From: Chrysomallon squamiferum
Lineage: Eukaryota; Animalia; Mollusca
Assembly: GCA_012295275.1 (NCBI GenBank)
Contig: CM022668.1
Span: forward strand, 10,602,001-10,666,000
DNA: 64,000 bases
Direction of reading: 5' to 3'
A program made the position numbers and the translations under genes. The notes below the pieces were generated by a model. It did not search any database, had not been told where the DNA came from, and was given only the letters and a program-made list of their open reading frames with translations. Positions within the stretch are counted from its first letter, which is position 1. Every line of letters begins with the position of its first letter. Of the stretch, positions 47,014 to 61,700 are shown one piece after another.

Positions 47014-48066
47014 CAATATATGGCATTTGTTTCTTTATAAATGAGAATATAATTATTGTTATTGTTGTTATTATTGAATTTAATAATTAAAAAATCTCAA
47101 CATTAAAAGAAAATACGCAATAACTACGCTATATGCGGTATTAAAATTTACTTTATTGTCCGTTATTGCCCAATTTATGATTCAAGTTACTATCTTTGCC
47201 TAAAATCCATGCCTTTAATCATGTAAATGTTAGGAAGTTTCCAAAAGTATTTTAAGAAAATCTGTTGATATATGAGGTAATGTGTTTTTGAAAAATATAG
47301 GTTCTGTTATAGACTTAATTCTTATTTTCATGAAAATTACAGTTATTTTCTTTTCTGAAGTGGATGTCAAGTTGAGGAGACTATCTGATTTAAAAAATTA
47401 AAGATTCTATTTGAAGTTTAATTCTTATTATCATGACAATTACAACTAAAATGTACTTACAACCTGTTCTGAAGTGGATGTCGAGTTGATGTATATAATA
47501 TTGTTTTCCCAGATCCACTTCCCACCACGAGAATGGATCATTTGCAGGTGTCAGTATACACAACTTTCCATAGAATCCTTCTTTGTAATTCCCATCTACA
47601 GCTAGAGAGGAATCAGCATAATATCCTGTCTCATATGTAGTTTTGCTTAAAGCTACGTTTTCTGAAATAAAATGCATAAACAACAGATTTAAGTGTGTAC
47701 AAAAGTGATTGTTTTGGGGTTGGGTTTTTTGGAACTATTATCAGTTCTGTTTGAAAATACGTAACAAATATTTTATTTATATTACTCCATCCGTTCATCT
47801 GTTCATCCATCCAAGAAAACATCGTCAGTTTCTCGTCTTCATTTTTAAATTAAAATATGAATAATAGAATCATCAATAAATGAACTGATAATACAATAAC
47901 AACGAAATGAATGCCCTTGTATAGAGAGCATAACCAGCTGTACTGAAAGTGCTACTGTGACTACTGCTATGACTACTAATGTTGCTACTTTTACTAATAC
48001 AACCACTACAACTATAGTCATTATCATTATCTTGTGATTGTTACAATTTGTAGAATGTTTCTTCTT

Positions 48067-48097
<31 letters not shown>

Positions 48098-48122
48098 TTA
48101 TTATTATTATTATTATTTTTTA

Positions 48123-48156
<34 letters not shown>

Positions 48157-48451
48157 GTCAAACATATTCTTTTCCATTTTAATTAGTGCAAACTATCGAG
48201 TAAAATTTGTATAGAGTTAAAATACAACACTACCAATTGTACACTTTGGTCCAGACCATCCTTTATTGCAGTTTGTGTTAGAACATCCTGTGACGTCATC
48301 ACATAAAAAAAAAAAAAAATGTTTTAAAATATGTTCATCCAGAATTACAGTGACAGACGTACTTTACAGTCTAAACCATACTTACCCGCTGTACAGCCAG
48401 CTGAAACTGAAATTAAAATATTTAAACCATTAGTTATACACACACACACAC

Positions 48452-48541
<90 letters not shown>

Positions 48542-48772
48542 CTTGTGTGTGTGCGTACGCGCACCTGTGTGTGTTTATGTATCGGTATACGATTGAGTCT
48601 GTGTGTGTTTGTGAATATCTGTATATCGTAGTTGTCACAGTTGTTGTAGTTGTTGTTACCATTATTCTTATAATCATCATCATCATCATCATCATATCCT
48701 ACCTGTAATTACGCACACAAGGAAATTCAGACATATTCCATGAATAAATAAATACATCCGAAACGACGCCAT
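46806..48772 (-). CDS. Receptor copy D, 5' part (signal peptide, EGF0, FTP1, start of FTP2), continuing into the gap
   Basis: Signal exon 48703-48772 MASFRMYLFIHGICLNFLVCVIT; EGF0 48234-48406 interrupted by a poly-A-rich insert (about 48305-48337) and 1 extra T; FTP1 47461-47661 intact with GTAAGT donor; FTP2 acceptor at about 46811. Confidence 0.75.
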
Positions 48773-48977
48773 TTTTATCTTCTTTCTTTCTTTTGATTTC
48801 TCTCAAGCATGAAGTATAGTTACAGGTAGCTTACCCGTGTGTATAGAGTTACAGGTAGCTACACAGGTACATACCGATAGAGAAAATGATAACTAGGTCA
48901 CACAGAGCTAACTTGTAAAACTGGTTTAAGAATTTAATTTTGGAAACGTTCGGTTTATTTAGAGAATTATATATATA

Positions 48978-49157
48978 ATAGAAGGAGAAACTTGAGAAGA
49001 GCCTGGGCATGTTACAGTTCATAGTCATAACAGTCAGACTTCGTCACGAGATACAACCCAGCAGCAAAGTGATGGTGGCTATGTGAACGCTGGACAAGAA
49101 ATTCTGATGAATGAATACGAAAGACTTGATCCAGTCACTGTTAAGCCAAACATCTAC
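48978..49157 (+). pseudogene. Orphan fragment of the cytoplasmic tail exon
   Basis: EGET*EEPGHVTVHSHNSQTSSRDTTQQQSDGGYVNAGQEILMNEYERLDPVTVKPNIY, nearly identical to the copy F tail but inverted, with no acceptor and no stop at its end. Confidence 0.8.
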
Positions 49158-51153
49158 ACATATATATATATATACATACATACATGCATACATACACACA
49201 TATATACATACATACATATACACACATACATATACATGTCGTTACATTTGGGAGAATGTGTGTATAACTGTCTATCTGTGTCTATTTGATAGTCTACAGT
49301 TTGTTTCACAGATTTAATATTAGTCGTTTTTAAACTACAAATCACTACATTCCTTTTAAGACACTTTACAAACTCTGAGATATGTTTAATTATGCTGAGT
49401 CTTTGTTCAGGTTACCTTTTGAAACGACTACGACACTGCGACATTTTATCTTTTTAAAACACGTGTATTTATGTTTTGCGCAGCGTGCACACAAGGCGTG
49501 GCTGTTGTAAGCTACAGGAGCTGCTTTCTCAAATGAAGACTTAATTCGAGTTCAAAGCGTGACACGGTGATGTTAAGCTGTAGAAATTAGACTCGTTTAA
49601 ACATTTACTGTTTGCTGTTGCGTGACTCGTTTATCAGGAATGTGTCTGGGGTCTGCTCTATCTAAGTACGGGTTTGAATAAAATGTAACTATCTAGATTA
49701 CTTCTAATTTATTTTCAGTGAATAAAAAAAACGAAAAGAATTTATAACTGAAATGTGCATGTTTGCGTGATGTTTATGTGTGTTGTACGAGTCTATGTCT
49801 TTATGTTTGTAAATGTGTACGTATGCATCTGTTTCTTGTTTCGCTATGTATGTGTCTGGGAGTGTTTCTGTGTTTCTTTATTTTCGTGCGTATGTTTCTC
49901 TACGTACCTATGTTTATGCGTTTCTGTGTTTGTGTATGTGTCGCTCTAAATATATTTCCGTGTTTCTCTGAGTATGCCGTTCATGTATATCAGTATTCTC
50001 TACATATAAATGTGTGTTTCCGTGTTTCTACATTTATATATGTGAAAGTGTTTTATAGTTCTCTATATACGTACTTGTATGTTTTCCTGTATATATCTAT
50101 ATTTATGTATTTATCTTTGTGTGCGTTTATATTTATATGTTATTATATTTGTCTCTTTTTTGTATCTATAGTTATAAGGGTGTGCGTGTGTGTGTGTGCG
50201 TGCGTGTGCGTCTGTGCGTACGGGTGTGTCACCGTGTCTTACTTAGTATGTGAGTATCAGATATTTTTCTCCATGTTTATAAGTAATTAGTATGAGTACA
50301 ATTTTTCAGTCTAATAATCATCATCAGTTGACAGAAAACATCTGGAATTTTGTCTCTGGATACTTTGCAGAACATTAAATATTCAAACTATTTCTTAAAC
50401 ACGTATTATTTCATACTCACAGTAAACTATTTCTTATCAAATGCCATCATTCTAGTCGTTTATATTTCATTATGTTGTGTTTAGTTTACAAAAAATAAAA
50501 ACTTAGTGATACTCTGCAATGAAAAGTTGTCTATTTGTGTTAAATGATGTGTATACACGTCACTGTAACGTCTAAACCAGACAGTGTAACTAAGGCTACG
50601 TATGTTTTGGAGCCGATAAGTGTGCGCTGCTGCTAGTTTGTGTATACAATTCATATACATGATTTACATATGTACATATATTCAAACATATATACAGAGT
50701 CCTTCATAGAGTAACAGACAGACAGATTGGTACATACACTGATTATGGATATATATATATTTATATTTATATATGAAGACCCAGTTATTGATATAATAAT
50801 AAGAGCAGTAGTAGCAGAAGCAGTAGTCCTAAATGTAGCAGTAGTAGAAGTACTACTAATAATTAGAATTGATAACAGGAATAGTAAAAGTACCAGTAAT
50901 GTCAGTAATATTATTTGTAGAGGCAATAGTAACAGTAATAATAGTAGTACTAATAGTAGTAGTAGTTATATAAATAATAATTAGTATTGAGTGTAGTAAT
51001 AGCAGTACCTTTAGTAGTACTAGATGTAGTAGAACTACAGTAATTGTAGTATTAATAGTTTGTGGCGGATCTACATTTCGGGGTGGGCTCTGAAGCTTGA
51101 ACAGTTAGGGAACCCTTCGCAATCAGCAAAGGGGTCCGGTAACCCTTCGCAAT

Positions 51154-51666
51154 CAGTGGTACAAAGTTTAATTCGTTCATTGACAGAGCTCGTAACAAAT
51201 CAGCTGTATGTTTTTGTGCTTTTAAATAACAAAAATGTGTTTATAAAATGACAAATATTGTATAGTGGTAAAGAAATAAACTGGTTTTGAAAGAGTTTTA
51301 TCGAGAGATTTATTTTAACGCCTTTTGCTGTTCATTGATCGACTCCTTCTGCTTCAGTAGGGTACATATCTGAAATCACGCTCGTACTGCCTAGCCATGT
51401 GAATATACACACACCTTTTTCTATGTTTTCATGCTTTTAAATAAAAGGACATGAAACTGTGTTTATAAAAAAAAAAGAACACAAAACAACAAAATGTTTC
51501 AAACTAAATAAACTGGGATTTTTGTAAATTCGCAGCGGCGTATCTGAAACTCGCTCGTAACTCGGATTTCGGCTCGCATCTGAAAGCAATATATCGACCA
51601 CACGACTCACTGCTCGTAACTCGAAAAACTCGTAAATTGGGGCACTCGTAAGTCAAGGTAGCAATT
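51154..51666 (-). mobile_element. Second, more degraded copy of the Tigger-like element within the inverted duplication
   Basis: CAGTGGTAC at 51154 and CTCGTAAGTCAAGGTA at about 51645-51660; the interior is the reverse complement of 28112-28776 with many small deletions. Confidence 0.8.
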
Positions 51667-52329
51667 TATTTGTTTTATATATATATATATATATATTTTT
51701 TTTTTTATTTTTTTATTTTTTCATTTTTGGAGAGGAGAGTTAGTTAACTTGCTACATGACTGATTACCATAATTTATTTTAAAATGGTTTGTAATATGTC
51801 CATCTCTGGTAATAATAGTTATTAAGGTAGTAGTAGTATTTGTTGTTGTTGTTGTAGAAGTAATAGCAGTAGTAGTAATAACAGTGGTTATAGTAGTATT
51901 ATGCGTAATAGCAGTATATCGGCACTACTAGTGATCATACTAGCAGTAGTATCAGTAGTAGTAAAAGCAGCAGCAGTAGTGGAAGTAGTATAGTAATAAT
52001 ATGTCTAGTGGAAGTATTAGCAGTATAGAAGTCACAGTGTTAAAAGTCGTATAAATAGTAGTATTACAGTTATATCTTACCTGAAATCACATTAATTATA
52101 AAACACAGAAACACTGTAAAAAAACACAAGTCATTCCGTGACCACGTCGCCATCGTTCAGTCTGTGTCAAGCAGGAAGTAGAGATTTCATTAGCTAACAG
52201 AGAGTGGACTGTTACACAAACAGGTTTTCTACATGCAGTGTCTAAATAAAGAATATAATAAAATAGCTCGTAATACCTCGGGGTAAAATACAACTGTTAT
52301 GAATATATAAATGTGTGTGCTGCATGCTT

Positions 52330-52495
52330 AGTTATGTGTGATTGAATATATAGATATGTGTCTGTGTCTGTATAATTAAGTCTGTATCTGAGTGATTGAA
52401 TACATAGATATGTGTCTGTGTCTGTATAATTAAGTCTGTATCTGAGTGATTGAATACATAGATATGTGTGTGTGTCTGTATGATTAAGTCTCTGA
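52330..52495. repeat. 54-bp minisatellite, about 3 copies (inverted paralog of 27112-27435)
   Basis: Reverse complement of the same unit. Confidence 0.85.
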
Positions 52496-53261
52496 ATGTG
52501 TATATAAAAATATTTATGATGCAAGAAGATTAAATCAGTTAGATGGTTTCTCTGGTGTTTTTCTGACTTTTTATAACTTTCTTCTTTATTCTTTATTTAC
52601 TTTTAATATAAAAACAAAAAAAATTGTTATTGTTTTTTTAGATGAGAGGTAAACTAAATTCATAACCCTGTCACGCATTACTTAAACTGACGAGATTACG
52701 AACCACTGAGCTACACAAAATTATTTTATAAAGTTCACTTTACTAAGCTTCTTTTGCATATTAACTGCTGTACACGACGCTAGTGAAAATAATGTTTTGA
52801 TTTCTATACCTGCTTTTGAAAACTGTCTGGTTACACCCTGAAGTGTGTCTTTGTTATTCAGGGTATATCTACACTTAGCACTCACACTGCTTCGATTCAA
52901 CGATTACATAAACACTGCAGCATTTTGCTTTTCTTTTTCTTTTTCTTTTTTTTTTTATACATACATACGTACATATCTATGTATGAATGTATGTGTGTAT
53001 ATATATATCTATATATACATACACATATATAAACATACACATATATACATACATATACACACCCACACAGACACAGACACACATATATATATATATACTT
53101 TAAACATTTTAAGCCAGTTTTACAAGTCAGATTAAAAACAAATGAAGACTACAAATATTTCTGTGTAAGCTAGTTATTAGTTTCTGTGTCAGTGTGTACC
53201 TGTGCATCTACCTATAACTATACTTCATGCTGGACAGAAATGAAAAAGAAAGAAGATAAAA

Positions 53262-53343
53262 ATGACGTCGTTTCGGATGTATTTATTTATTCATGGAATA
53301 TGTCTGAATTTCCTTGTGTGTGTCATTACAGGTAGGCTATAAC

Positions 53344-53395
<52 letters not shown>

Positions 53396-53729
53396 GGAGC
53401 AACACTTTATCGACTACATGTCACACATACAGTCACTCGTATACCCGTACATAAACACACACACAAACACACAGAGATATACACAGAGAGGAAGAGAGAG
53501 AGAATATCTGTTCAAATATTTTAATTTCAGTTTCAGCTGGCTGTAAAGCGGGTCAGTATGGTTTAGACTGTAAGTACGTCTGTCACTGTAATTCTGGATA
53601 TGATGACGTCACAGGATGTTCTAACACAAACTGCAATAAAGGATGGTCTGGACCAAAGTGCACAATTGGAAGTGTTGTATTTAAACTCAAAGTTTATTTA
53701 ATATTTCGTACTAAATAAAATGGAAAAAG

Positions 53730-53791
<62 letters not shown>

Positions 53792-56605
53792 TAATATTCC
53801 TGTAGTAGTAGTAGTTAACTATATATTAAATGTATAATATACTGATTGCAGCTATAAAAAGACATCTGACTAGCCCATGAATACCTTTTTATCGTTTATT
53901 ATTACATTTTTATTATTTTTTTAAAAACTTTTCTAACGTATTTACAATTATTATTATTATTAACATGATCATTATCATTCGTTATTATTTTATTGTCAGT
54001 TCATTATTTTCTTTATTATTTTCTTAATTAAGAAGGGATGGACGATAGACTAATGATGGATGGTTGAGTAGAAGAAGAGATGGATTTATATATTTAATAC
54101 ATTTTATTGTGGAAATTCAAACAGAACTGACATTAGCTGAAAAAGAAAAAATAATTTGTGTACATATTTAGTAGTAGTAGTAGTACAACTGAGAATGGTG
54201 TCCTTTAACCATATGTTAGGGTATACTATATTACATGAACATATAAAAAGATATCTGACTAGCCCATGAATACATTTCCCAAGTTTTAATATCTTACGTA
54301 TGTATTCATATAGTTTCTTAAGGTATTTGAGATAAGTGGTTGAACAGATGGATGGATGGTTTATATAATTAATATATTTCATTGGGGGTTTTCAAATATA
54401 ACTGATATTAGCTCAAAAAGAAAAAACACTATCATTTATGTATACATATTTAAAAGTTTTAGTTTATGTTTTATTTCAGAAAACGTAGCTTTAAACAAAA
54501 CTTCATATCAGACAGGATATTCCAAAAATTCGTATCTAGCTGTTGATGGGATTACTAAACAAGAACCCTATGCATCAGATTGTGTATGTGTATGTCTGCG
54601 TATTTACACACACACTGATACCGACACGCAGACATACACATACACACACATTTACCTTTGTGATGTTTGATACCATTCCATAAATAAATCTTTTTTCTCA
54701 TTATTCCACACCAATAACTTTGGTGTAATTTATTTCCAGGATGTCCTGCCGGTTCCTATGGAAACGGTTGTACATTTTCTTGTGCAGGACGTCATTGTCT
54801 GAATAAAACATCAAGCTGCAATCACGTGCCTGGTTCATGTGGAGGCGGATGTCAGGAACCGTGGACTGGAACAGACTGTACTGGTGTGATACAAATTACT
54901 TTTTTATTTCTTCACAATATTTACACAGTCACACAGATAAAAATATACCACTGATCTAGACAAGCCATATTGTACATTGTACAATTACACATTTCTCAAA
55001 CATTCAGCAGGTGACACTGACAAACATATATCCTATACATTGTTAAATATCTACATTCACTGTGCATACGGTATAACGAGATACAAGTACCATTTTAATG
55101 TGTTGACATGTAAATATACCTTTTATACAAATAATTCGTATTGAGACACTGTCATGTACAAAGATTGTCTCTAAAATAATTAACTGTATATGTTTGTGTG
55201 TATTTTTGAGAAGTTGTATTAGATATGCCTGTTTTACAGACAGTATTGTACATCTACCTAACTTGGTTTAGAATGTTTATGTAAAATGTTTACATATAAA
55301 CAAGGATAAAACATATATTAATCAATTGTTTGTAGAGAATATAAGGCACATCACGTTGTATATCTAACAGGTTGTCAAGGTAAATACGGACCTGACTGCA
55401 AGTTTTCTTGTTCTGAAAGACATTGTAAGGATTCTTCAGCTCTGTGTGATCACGTGACAGGGTCATGTGACGGAGAGTGTGAGGATGGCTGGAAAGGGTG
55501 CACGTGTACAAAAAGTAATGATTTACTAAGTAAACAATTTGTGATAACAGTGATGTTCACAGTAAACAGTTAACAGAACATAATTCTTGTAATGATAGTA
55601 TTTCTGGCATTAAAAAAAAAAAGCAAAAAAAAAATGTGTAATTATTTCAAAATTACATAATATGTGTAAGGTTAGTTTGAATGTGTGTTGGATATTTTTA
55701 TTTTTATTTATTTTTTTTTTTTTTTGTTCGTGTGAATAATGCAAGAAACAGAACAATTATTTGTCTAAAACTATTGTCTGGAATCCGTAAACTCTTAGAT
55801 TATTTTTGTTCCCATCAAACAGAATGTTCAGGAACCTATGGTTCAAACTGCAAATTCTCGTATAAAGACAGAAAAACGCGGTTCTAATTGTAGTAATAGC
55901 AGTATATATATTCACCAATGGGATTTTAGTTTCAGAAACAATCAAAAATCCAGAATACGAGGAGCTGAAACCCACGATAACTGCGCTGTCTGTTGTCACT
56001 GGAGTAGTTTGTGTTTTACTTGTTATTAGTGTAATTGCCTTTATCCTGTGAGTATGTCATCTTTATATCAACACATTAGTCATTTATAGCACAGCATAGA
56101 GTTAACATAGATAAACAGAAATAAAACTATTAAATTTACTATGTAGATTGACTGATACATAGATACAGATGTGTATGTATATACTTGATTACTCTATTAT
56201 TTATACAAAGATAATTAAATGTTTCTATGCCAAACTAATCTCCAGACGGTAGATTTGTATTTTACATTTCTGATAAATAATTAGAGGTACACAGAACCTT
56301 ACAACGATCAGACAATGTTTATCTAAGTAATTTTGGCAACTCATAAAGTTGTAATTCATAAGGTTTATTTAATACGTTGTAAAAGCCTAATTTTATAAAA
56401 GTTTCCCGTGAAAAATATGGCTCGAGAAATGTTTTCACTTCTATAAAAAGAAAATAAATAACAATAATAAAAAGAGCGTTTTTTCAACACACCGAACAAA
56501 ATTCAATTCTTCCAAATCTCTTTTCTTCAGATATGTTAGACGTCACAGAACGACATCTGATTCTAGAGCCAAAGAAAACATCAACACGACAAACCAAGAT
56601 GGCGA
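53262..56605 (+). pseudogene. Receptor copy E, internally deleted
   Basis: Signal 53262-53331; EGF0 53531-53668 (donor GT>GA, one Cys>Tyr); FTP1 5' half 54480-54585 followed by a deletion to the intron before EGF6; EGF6 54740-54883; EGF7 55371-55514; EGF8 stub 55823-55872; TM 55936-56047; tail stub 56531-56605. Confidence 0.82.
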
Positions 56606-56987
56606 CAAACCAAGATATAGAGATCCAACTTAATTAAACTGTATTCGCTGTTATATTAAAATTTAATACGTTGTTTCGATCTGACATTTTTTTAATAATA
56701 CACAGGAATAATGACTATATGTAATGATATAGAAAACAACTTTATATTACACACTAAGTGTTAGAAACTGGTATATTTACACTGTCTGCTATTTCTGTAG
56801 CAGCTAACAGAGTTTATGAAATATATTATAGTAATACTACTATTTGTACAATTTTTAACACTGTTAATCTTACTGTTTCTGCTAATACTACTGTTCCACT
56901 ACTGCTATTAGTACTACTTCTGCTACTACTACTCTACTACTACTGCTGCAACACTGCTATTATCTCCACTACTAGTACTGTTAATCA

Positions 56988-57272
56988 TTGGTGCAAACAC
57001 TGTGTAATGTGTAATATGACAGTACTAGCGTGACAGAATGGTTTGAACAATGTATAATGTGTAATATGACAGTAGTAGCGTGACAGATTGGTGTGAACAA
57101 TGTGTAATGTGTAATATGACAGTAGCAGTGTGACACATTGATGTGAACAATGTGTAATGTGTAATATGACAATAGTAGTGTGACACATTGATGTGAACAA
57201 TGTGTAATGTGTAATATGACAGTAGTAGTGTGACACATTGGTGTGAACAATGTGCAATGTGTAAATTGACAG
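56988..57272. repeat. 50-bp minisatellite, about 5.5 copies
   Basis: Unit GGTGTGAACAATGTGTAATGTGTAATATGACAGTAGTAGTGTGACACATT with starts near 56990, 57040, 57090, 57140, 57190 and 57240. Confidence 0.9.
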
Positions 57273-57540
57273 TTGTACTAAGACACTATTGCTTTGCAGA
57301 CTGTATGAAATCACAAAGTGAATAATACTGTACTACACTTTTACCAGTAATGTATAAATTGAGATTATGTGGATGGTAGCGACTGTTGATTTATATATTT
57401 GTAACACAGATACAATACTAGAGTGGTTCTGTAGCTATAATAAAAATTTAAGAGTATGCATTTTGTATTTATGTATTTGTATCTGATTCTATGTATGTAT
57501 GTCTTGATGTATCTATGTATATTTCTTTCTTTTTTCTTTA

Positions 57541-57578
<38 letters not shown>

Positions 57579-58735
57579 ATTTGTCGAAATCGTTTTATAA
57601 TGTCGTGTTTTAGAACTAACATTTCAGTGCGACTTTGAAGTCGAGCAGTATCTTTGTTTCTGTATGTGAATCTCTATATATTTGTAGTTCTGTATATGCA
57701 TACGTTAGTTTATATGTGTATGTTTGTCCTGGTGTATTTTTTGTATGTATGTGTTTGTCTTAATAAATATGTGCAGATGTATGGATAAAGATATGTATAT
57801 TGATTAAAATAGAAACAAAAGAAGAAGAAATAAAATAAATAATACCAAGAAGCAAAACACAGATAAATGACAGATAAATATGAATATGTTTTTATACAGT
57901 AACATACATCTGTATAGGAATATTTTAAAACAACAAGAAGAAATGAATATAAGGAAACTCATATTTCTATATTATTACATTTCACTAAAAAAAAAACACA
58001 CCAAAAAACAGTATTATTATCTTTTTACTTTATTCTTTTTTTTTCTTTTTCTTACGTACCTTTTCTTGTACCAATTTAAACAGGCGAGATAGCTACTCAG
58101 TCTTTGGTTGAGAAACAGGCAGGATTGAAGTTTTATTTTATTTATTTTACTTTATTTTATTTATTTATTTATTTATTTATTTTTTTGTGCAGCTACTAAC
58201 AATTTTGCTGCTATGTGTAAGTAAAGTATTCATAATCAATAAATCAAATGTTTTCAGAGATCGCACACTGATTAATTTCAATGATGAACAGGCTGAAAGT
58301 TATTTTAGAAAACTTAAAAACAATTTTAAATAAAGAAGTGTTGATTTAGAAAAATGGTTCACGAATATCAATTACGTGATAATGCACATGTTACTAGGAG
58401 CAGTGCTAAGAAATTCCAGATGGGTGATTTGATTTGTCTATTATAAATGTATGTATGTATGTATGTATGTATGTATTTTTATTATTATTATTATTTGTAG
58501 TAATATTAATATTAGCATTACTATAATTATTGGTACTATAAGTATTGGTATTAATGGTAGTAGTAACTTTTGTACAAAATATAATATACTGCAGATCTTA
58601 TAACTAGTAAGATGTCTGGTTTAACTGTTCATGATTTTTGATGTTGAACATTTTTAATAATTTCAATTAATATTTAACAAGACAAAGTTTGTCCTGGTAT
58701 TGAGTTCATATATGTTTACAATTATGCTGTAGAAA

Positions 58736-61700
58736 TTAAACTCTTGAATTTATTTTCTCGTAGATGTTTGGCTTAACAGTGACTGGATCAAGTCTTTCGT
58801 ATTCATTCATCAGAATTTCTTGTCCAGCGTTCACATAGCCACCATCACTTTGCTGCTGGGTTGTATCTCGTGACGAAGTCTGACTGTTATGACTATGAAC
58901 TGTAACATGCCCAGGCTCTTCTCAATTTTCTCCTTCTACGTTTTCATAGTGTCCGCCATCTTGGTTTGTCGTGTTGATGTTTTCTTTGGCTCTAGAATCA
59001 GATGTCGTTCTGTGACGTCTAACATATCTGAAGAAAAGAGATTTGGAAGAATTGAATTTTTTTCGGTGTATTGAAAAAACGCTTTTTTTATTATTGTTAT
59101 TTATTTTCTTTTTATAGAAGTGAAAACATTTCTCAAGCCATATTTTTCACGGGAAACGTTTATAAAATTAGGCTTTTTACAACGTATTAAATAAACCTTA
59201 TGAATTACAACTTTATGAGTTGCCAAAAAGGAATTGTGAAGTGATCACTTTGGTGTAATTACTTACATAAACATTGTCTGATCGTTGTAAGGTTCTATGC
59301 AGTTTATATATTTGTATCTCTTTTAATTATTTATCAGAAGTATAAAATACAAATCTACCGTCTGGAGATTAGTTTGGCATAGAAACATTTAATTATCTTT
59401 GTATAAATAATAGAGTAATCAAGTATACACATACACATCTGTATCTATGTATCAGTCAATCTACATAGTAAATTTAATAGTTTTATTTCTCTTTATCTTT
59501 GTTAACTATACGCTGTGTTATAAATGACCAATGTGTTGATACAAAGATGACAAACTTACAGAATAAAGACAATTACACCAATAACAAGTAAAACACAAAG
59601 TATTCCAGTGACAACAGACAGAGCAGTTATCGTGGATTTCAGCTCCTCGTATTCTGTATTTTGAGTTGTTTCTGAAACTAAAATCTCATTGGTGAATATA
59701 TATACTGCTATTACTACAATTAGAACCCCATTCACCTTATTGTAACAGCTAGTACTACTCTTAGCAGCTGATATTTGTACTTTTACTATTATTTCTACTA
59801 ATTGTAACAGTTCTACCAACAGCAATAACAACAAATTAAATGGACGTTCAACAAATTTTCATTTTCATTTCAGTAAGCTTTTATTTTGTGTATTAATGGA
59901 GTAAGTAAAAGAAAGCTGACCTCACACAAACACTTTTACTTACTTTCTGTGCACGCGTCTCCTTGCCAACCAGTTTGACACTGACCGCTGCACGACCCTG
60001 TCACGTGATCACATGGAGCATGCTCATCTTTACACTTCCTGTCTTTACAGGAAAATCTGCAGTTTGATCCATAGCTACCTGAACATTCTATTTTATGTTA
60101 AAAAATAAATAGGTAAATTCATTAACTAATAAAAGTAATTCAAGAAAAAGAAATGAAATGAAGAAAATGAAATAATAAATACAACATGAAACAACAACAA
60201 AAAAAAGAAAACGAAAAATGTACAATAAACAAAATTGAGGTATTTCATGGTTAAACACATTAGATTTAGAGAAATATTCATTTTTCTATTTCATTTACAT
60301 CATTCAAACACGAACAAAGACAAACATACAAACGTACACATACAGACACTACATCGTTACAAATATTATCGTAATCCTGAAATAATTAAAACTTTCTATT
60401 TTTCTATCGTTCAATGTGTCGACTGCAATCATTACAATCTCATTGTCAACACGGCAGTTAAAACAATCATTATTTGTAATAAATATTTACTTTCTGTACA
60501 CGTGTTTCCTTTCCATCCGTTCTCGCACTCTCCGTCACATGATCCTGTCACATGATCACATGGAGTTGACGTGTCTTTACAATGTCTTTCAGAGCAAGAA
60601 AACTTGCAGTCAGGTCCGTATTTACCTTCACAACCTGTTTTATATATAAAGTGATATATTAGTATTATTTATTTCCAAAATAAACCAGTATCTAAATATA
60701 TTGTCATATATTTCTACAGAACATCTTAAACACATCATAAACCATAGCAATATAAATAACAGTATATCTAGAATTCAATATCCTTAAACTGAAATGAAAA
60801 GAAAAGTAAAATAAATTGTATTAAGAATATTTATAATATCTTCACACACATTTTGATACATCTAAATCACATCCTTATGTAGATAAATATCTTTAGAAAA
60901 TATCAACGTACCTAAATCTGTTACTTTTTAAGAAAATACATTATAATGTAAATACAAATGTTTCTGAAGAAATAAAAAAGTAATTTGTATCACACCAGTA
61001 CAGTCTGTTCCAGTCCACGGTTCCTCACATCCGCCTCCACATGAACCAGTCACGTGATCACAGCTTGCTGTTTTGATCAGACAGTGTCTTCTTGCACAGT
61101 TAAATTTACAACCGTTTCCATAGAAACCAGAAGCACATGCTGAGAATAAATATTAAAAAAGGTAGAAAGTATTAAAGTGTTTTTAAACATATATTATAAT
61201 TTTTGTTAATACTATTGGGATTTCATGAAACTTTAATAAATAAAAAAGATATGTAAGGAGTATGTGTGTATGTGTGCGTATTGGTGTTTCTGTAGGTGTA
61301 AACAGGTAGACATATAGATAGAGAGACAGACAGACAAATATATATAAAAGTCCAGTTATCTAGATACATTTCTCGTGTTTCAAACAATCAAATGATATTT
61401 AGGATGTAAATCATTTACTTACGTTCCAAACAGTTCACATTTCTCCATCCTGGTTTACAGCCGTTTTCACATTTACCAGTTTTAACATCACAAACTGAAC
61501 TGTCTCCACTACAGTGTCTTTGACTGCAGCGCAACTTACAACCAGGACCAAATCTACCAGACTCACATTCTGTAAATAGATTCAAAGTTGTTTATAGTAA
61601 CTGATCGCACATCAGTTTGTTTGCTGAATTAGTGTTAGAATGAACAACAATTTTACGAATTTGTTTTTTGATTTATTAAAATAATTTATAACATGAACAT

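Larger units (their letters stand above)
49158..54585. repeat. Inverted segmental duplication of about 24800-30795
   Basis: Matching ORF-track pairs on opposite strands: 30612+/49154-, 29667-/49763+, 29019+/50651-, 27087+/52297-, 26476-/52845+, 24687-/54356+. Both arms carry the Tigger element and the 54-bp minisatellite. Confidence 0.92.

Noticed and set aside
56988-57272. Regular 50-bp and 54-bp repeats as possible CRISPR arrays
   Set aside because: Head-to-tail units with no unique spacers, a eukaryotic context and no cas genes; these are minisatellites.
58922-58924. TGA as selenocysteine or programmed readthrough
   Set aside because: It aligns to Arg (AGA) in paralogs, not Cys; no SECIS is recognisable and the context is not a known readthrough motif.
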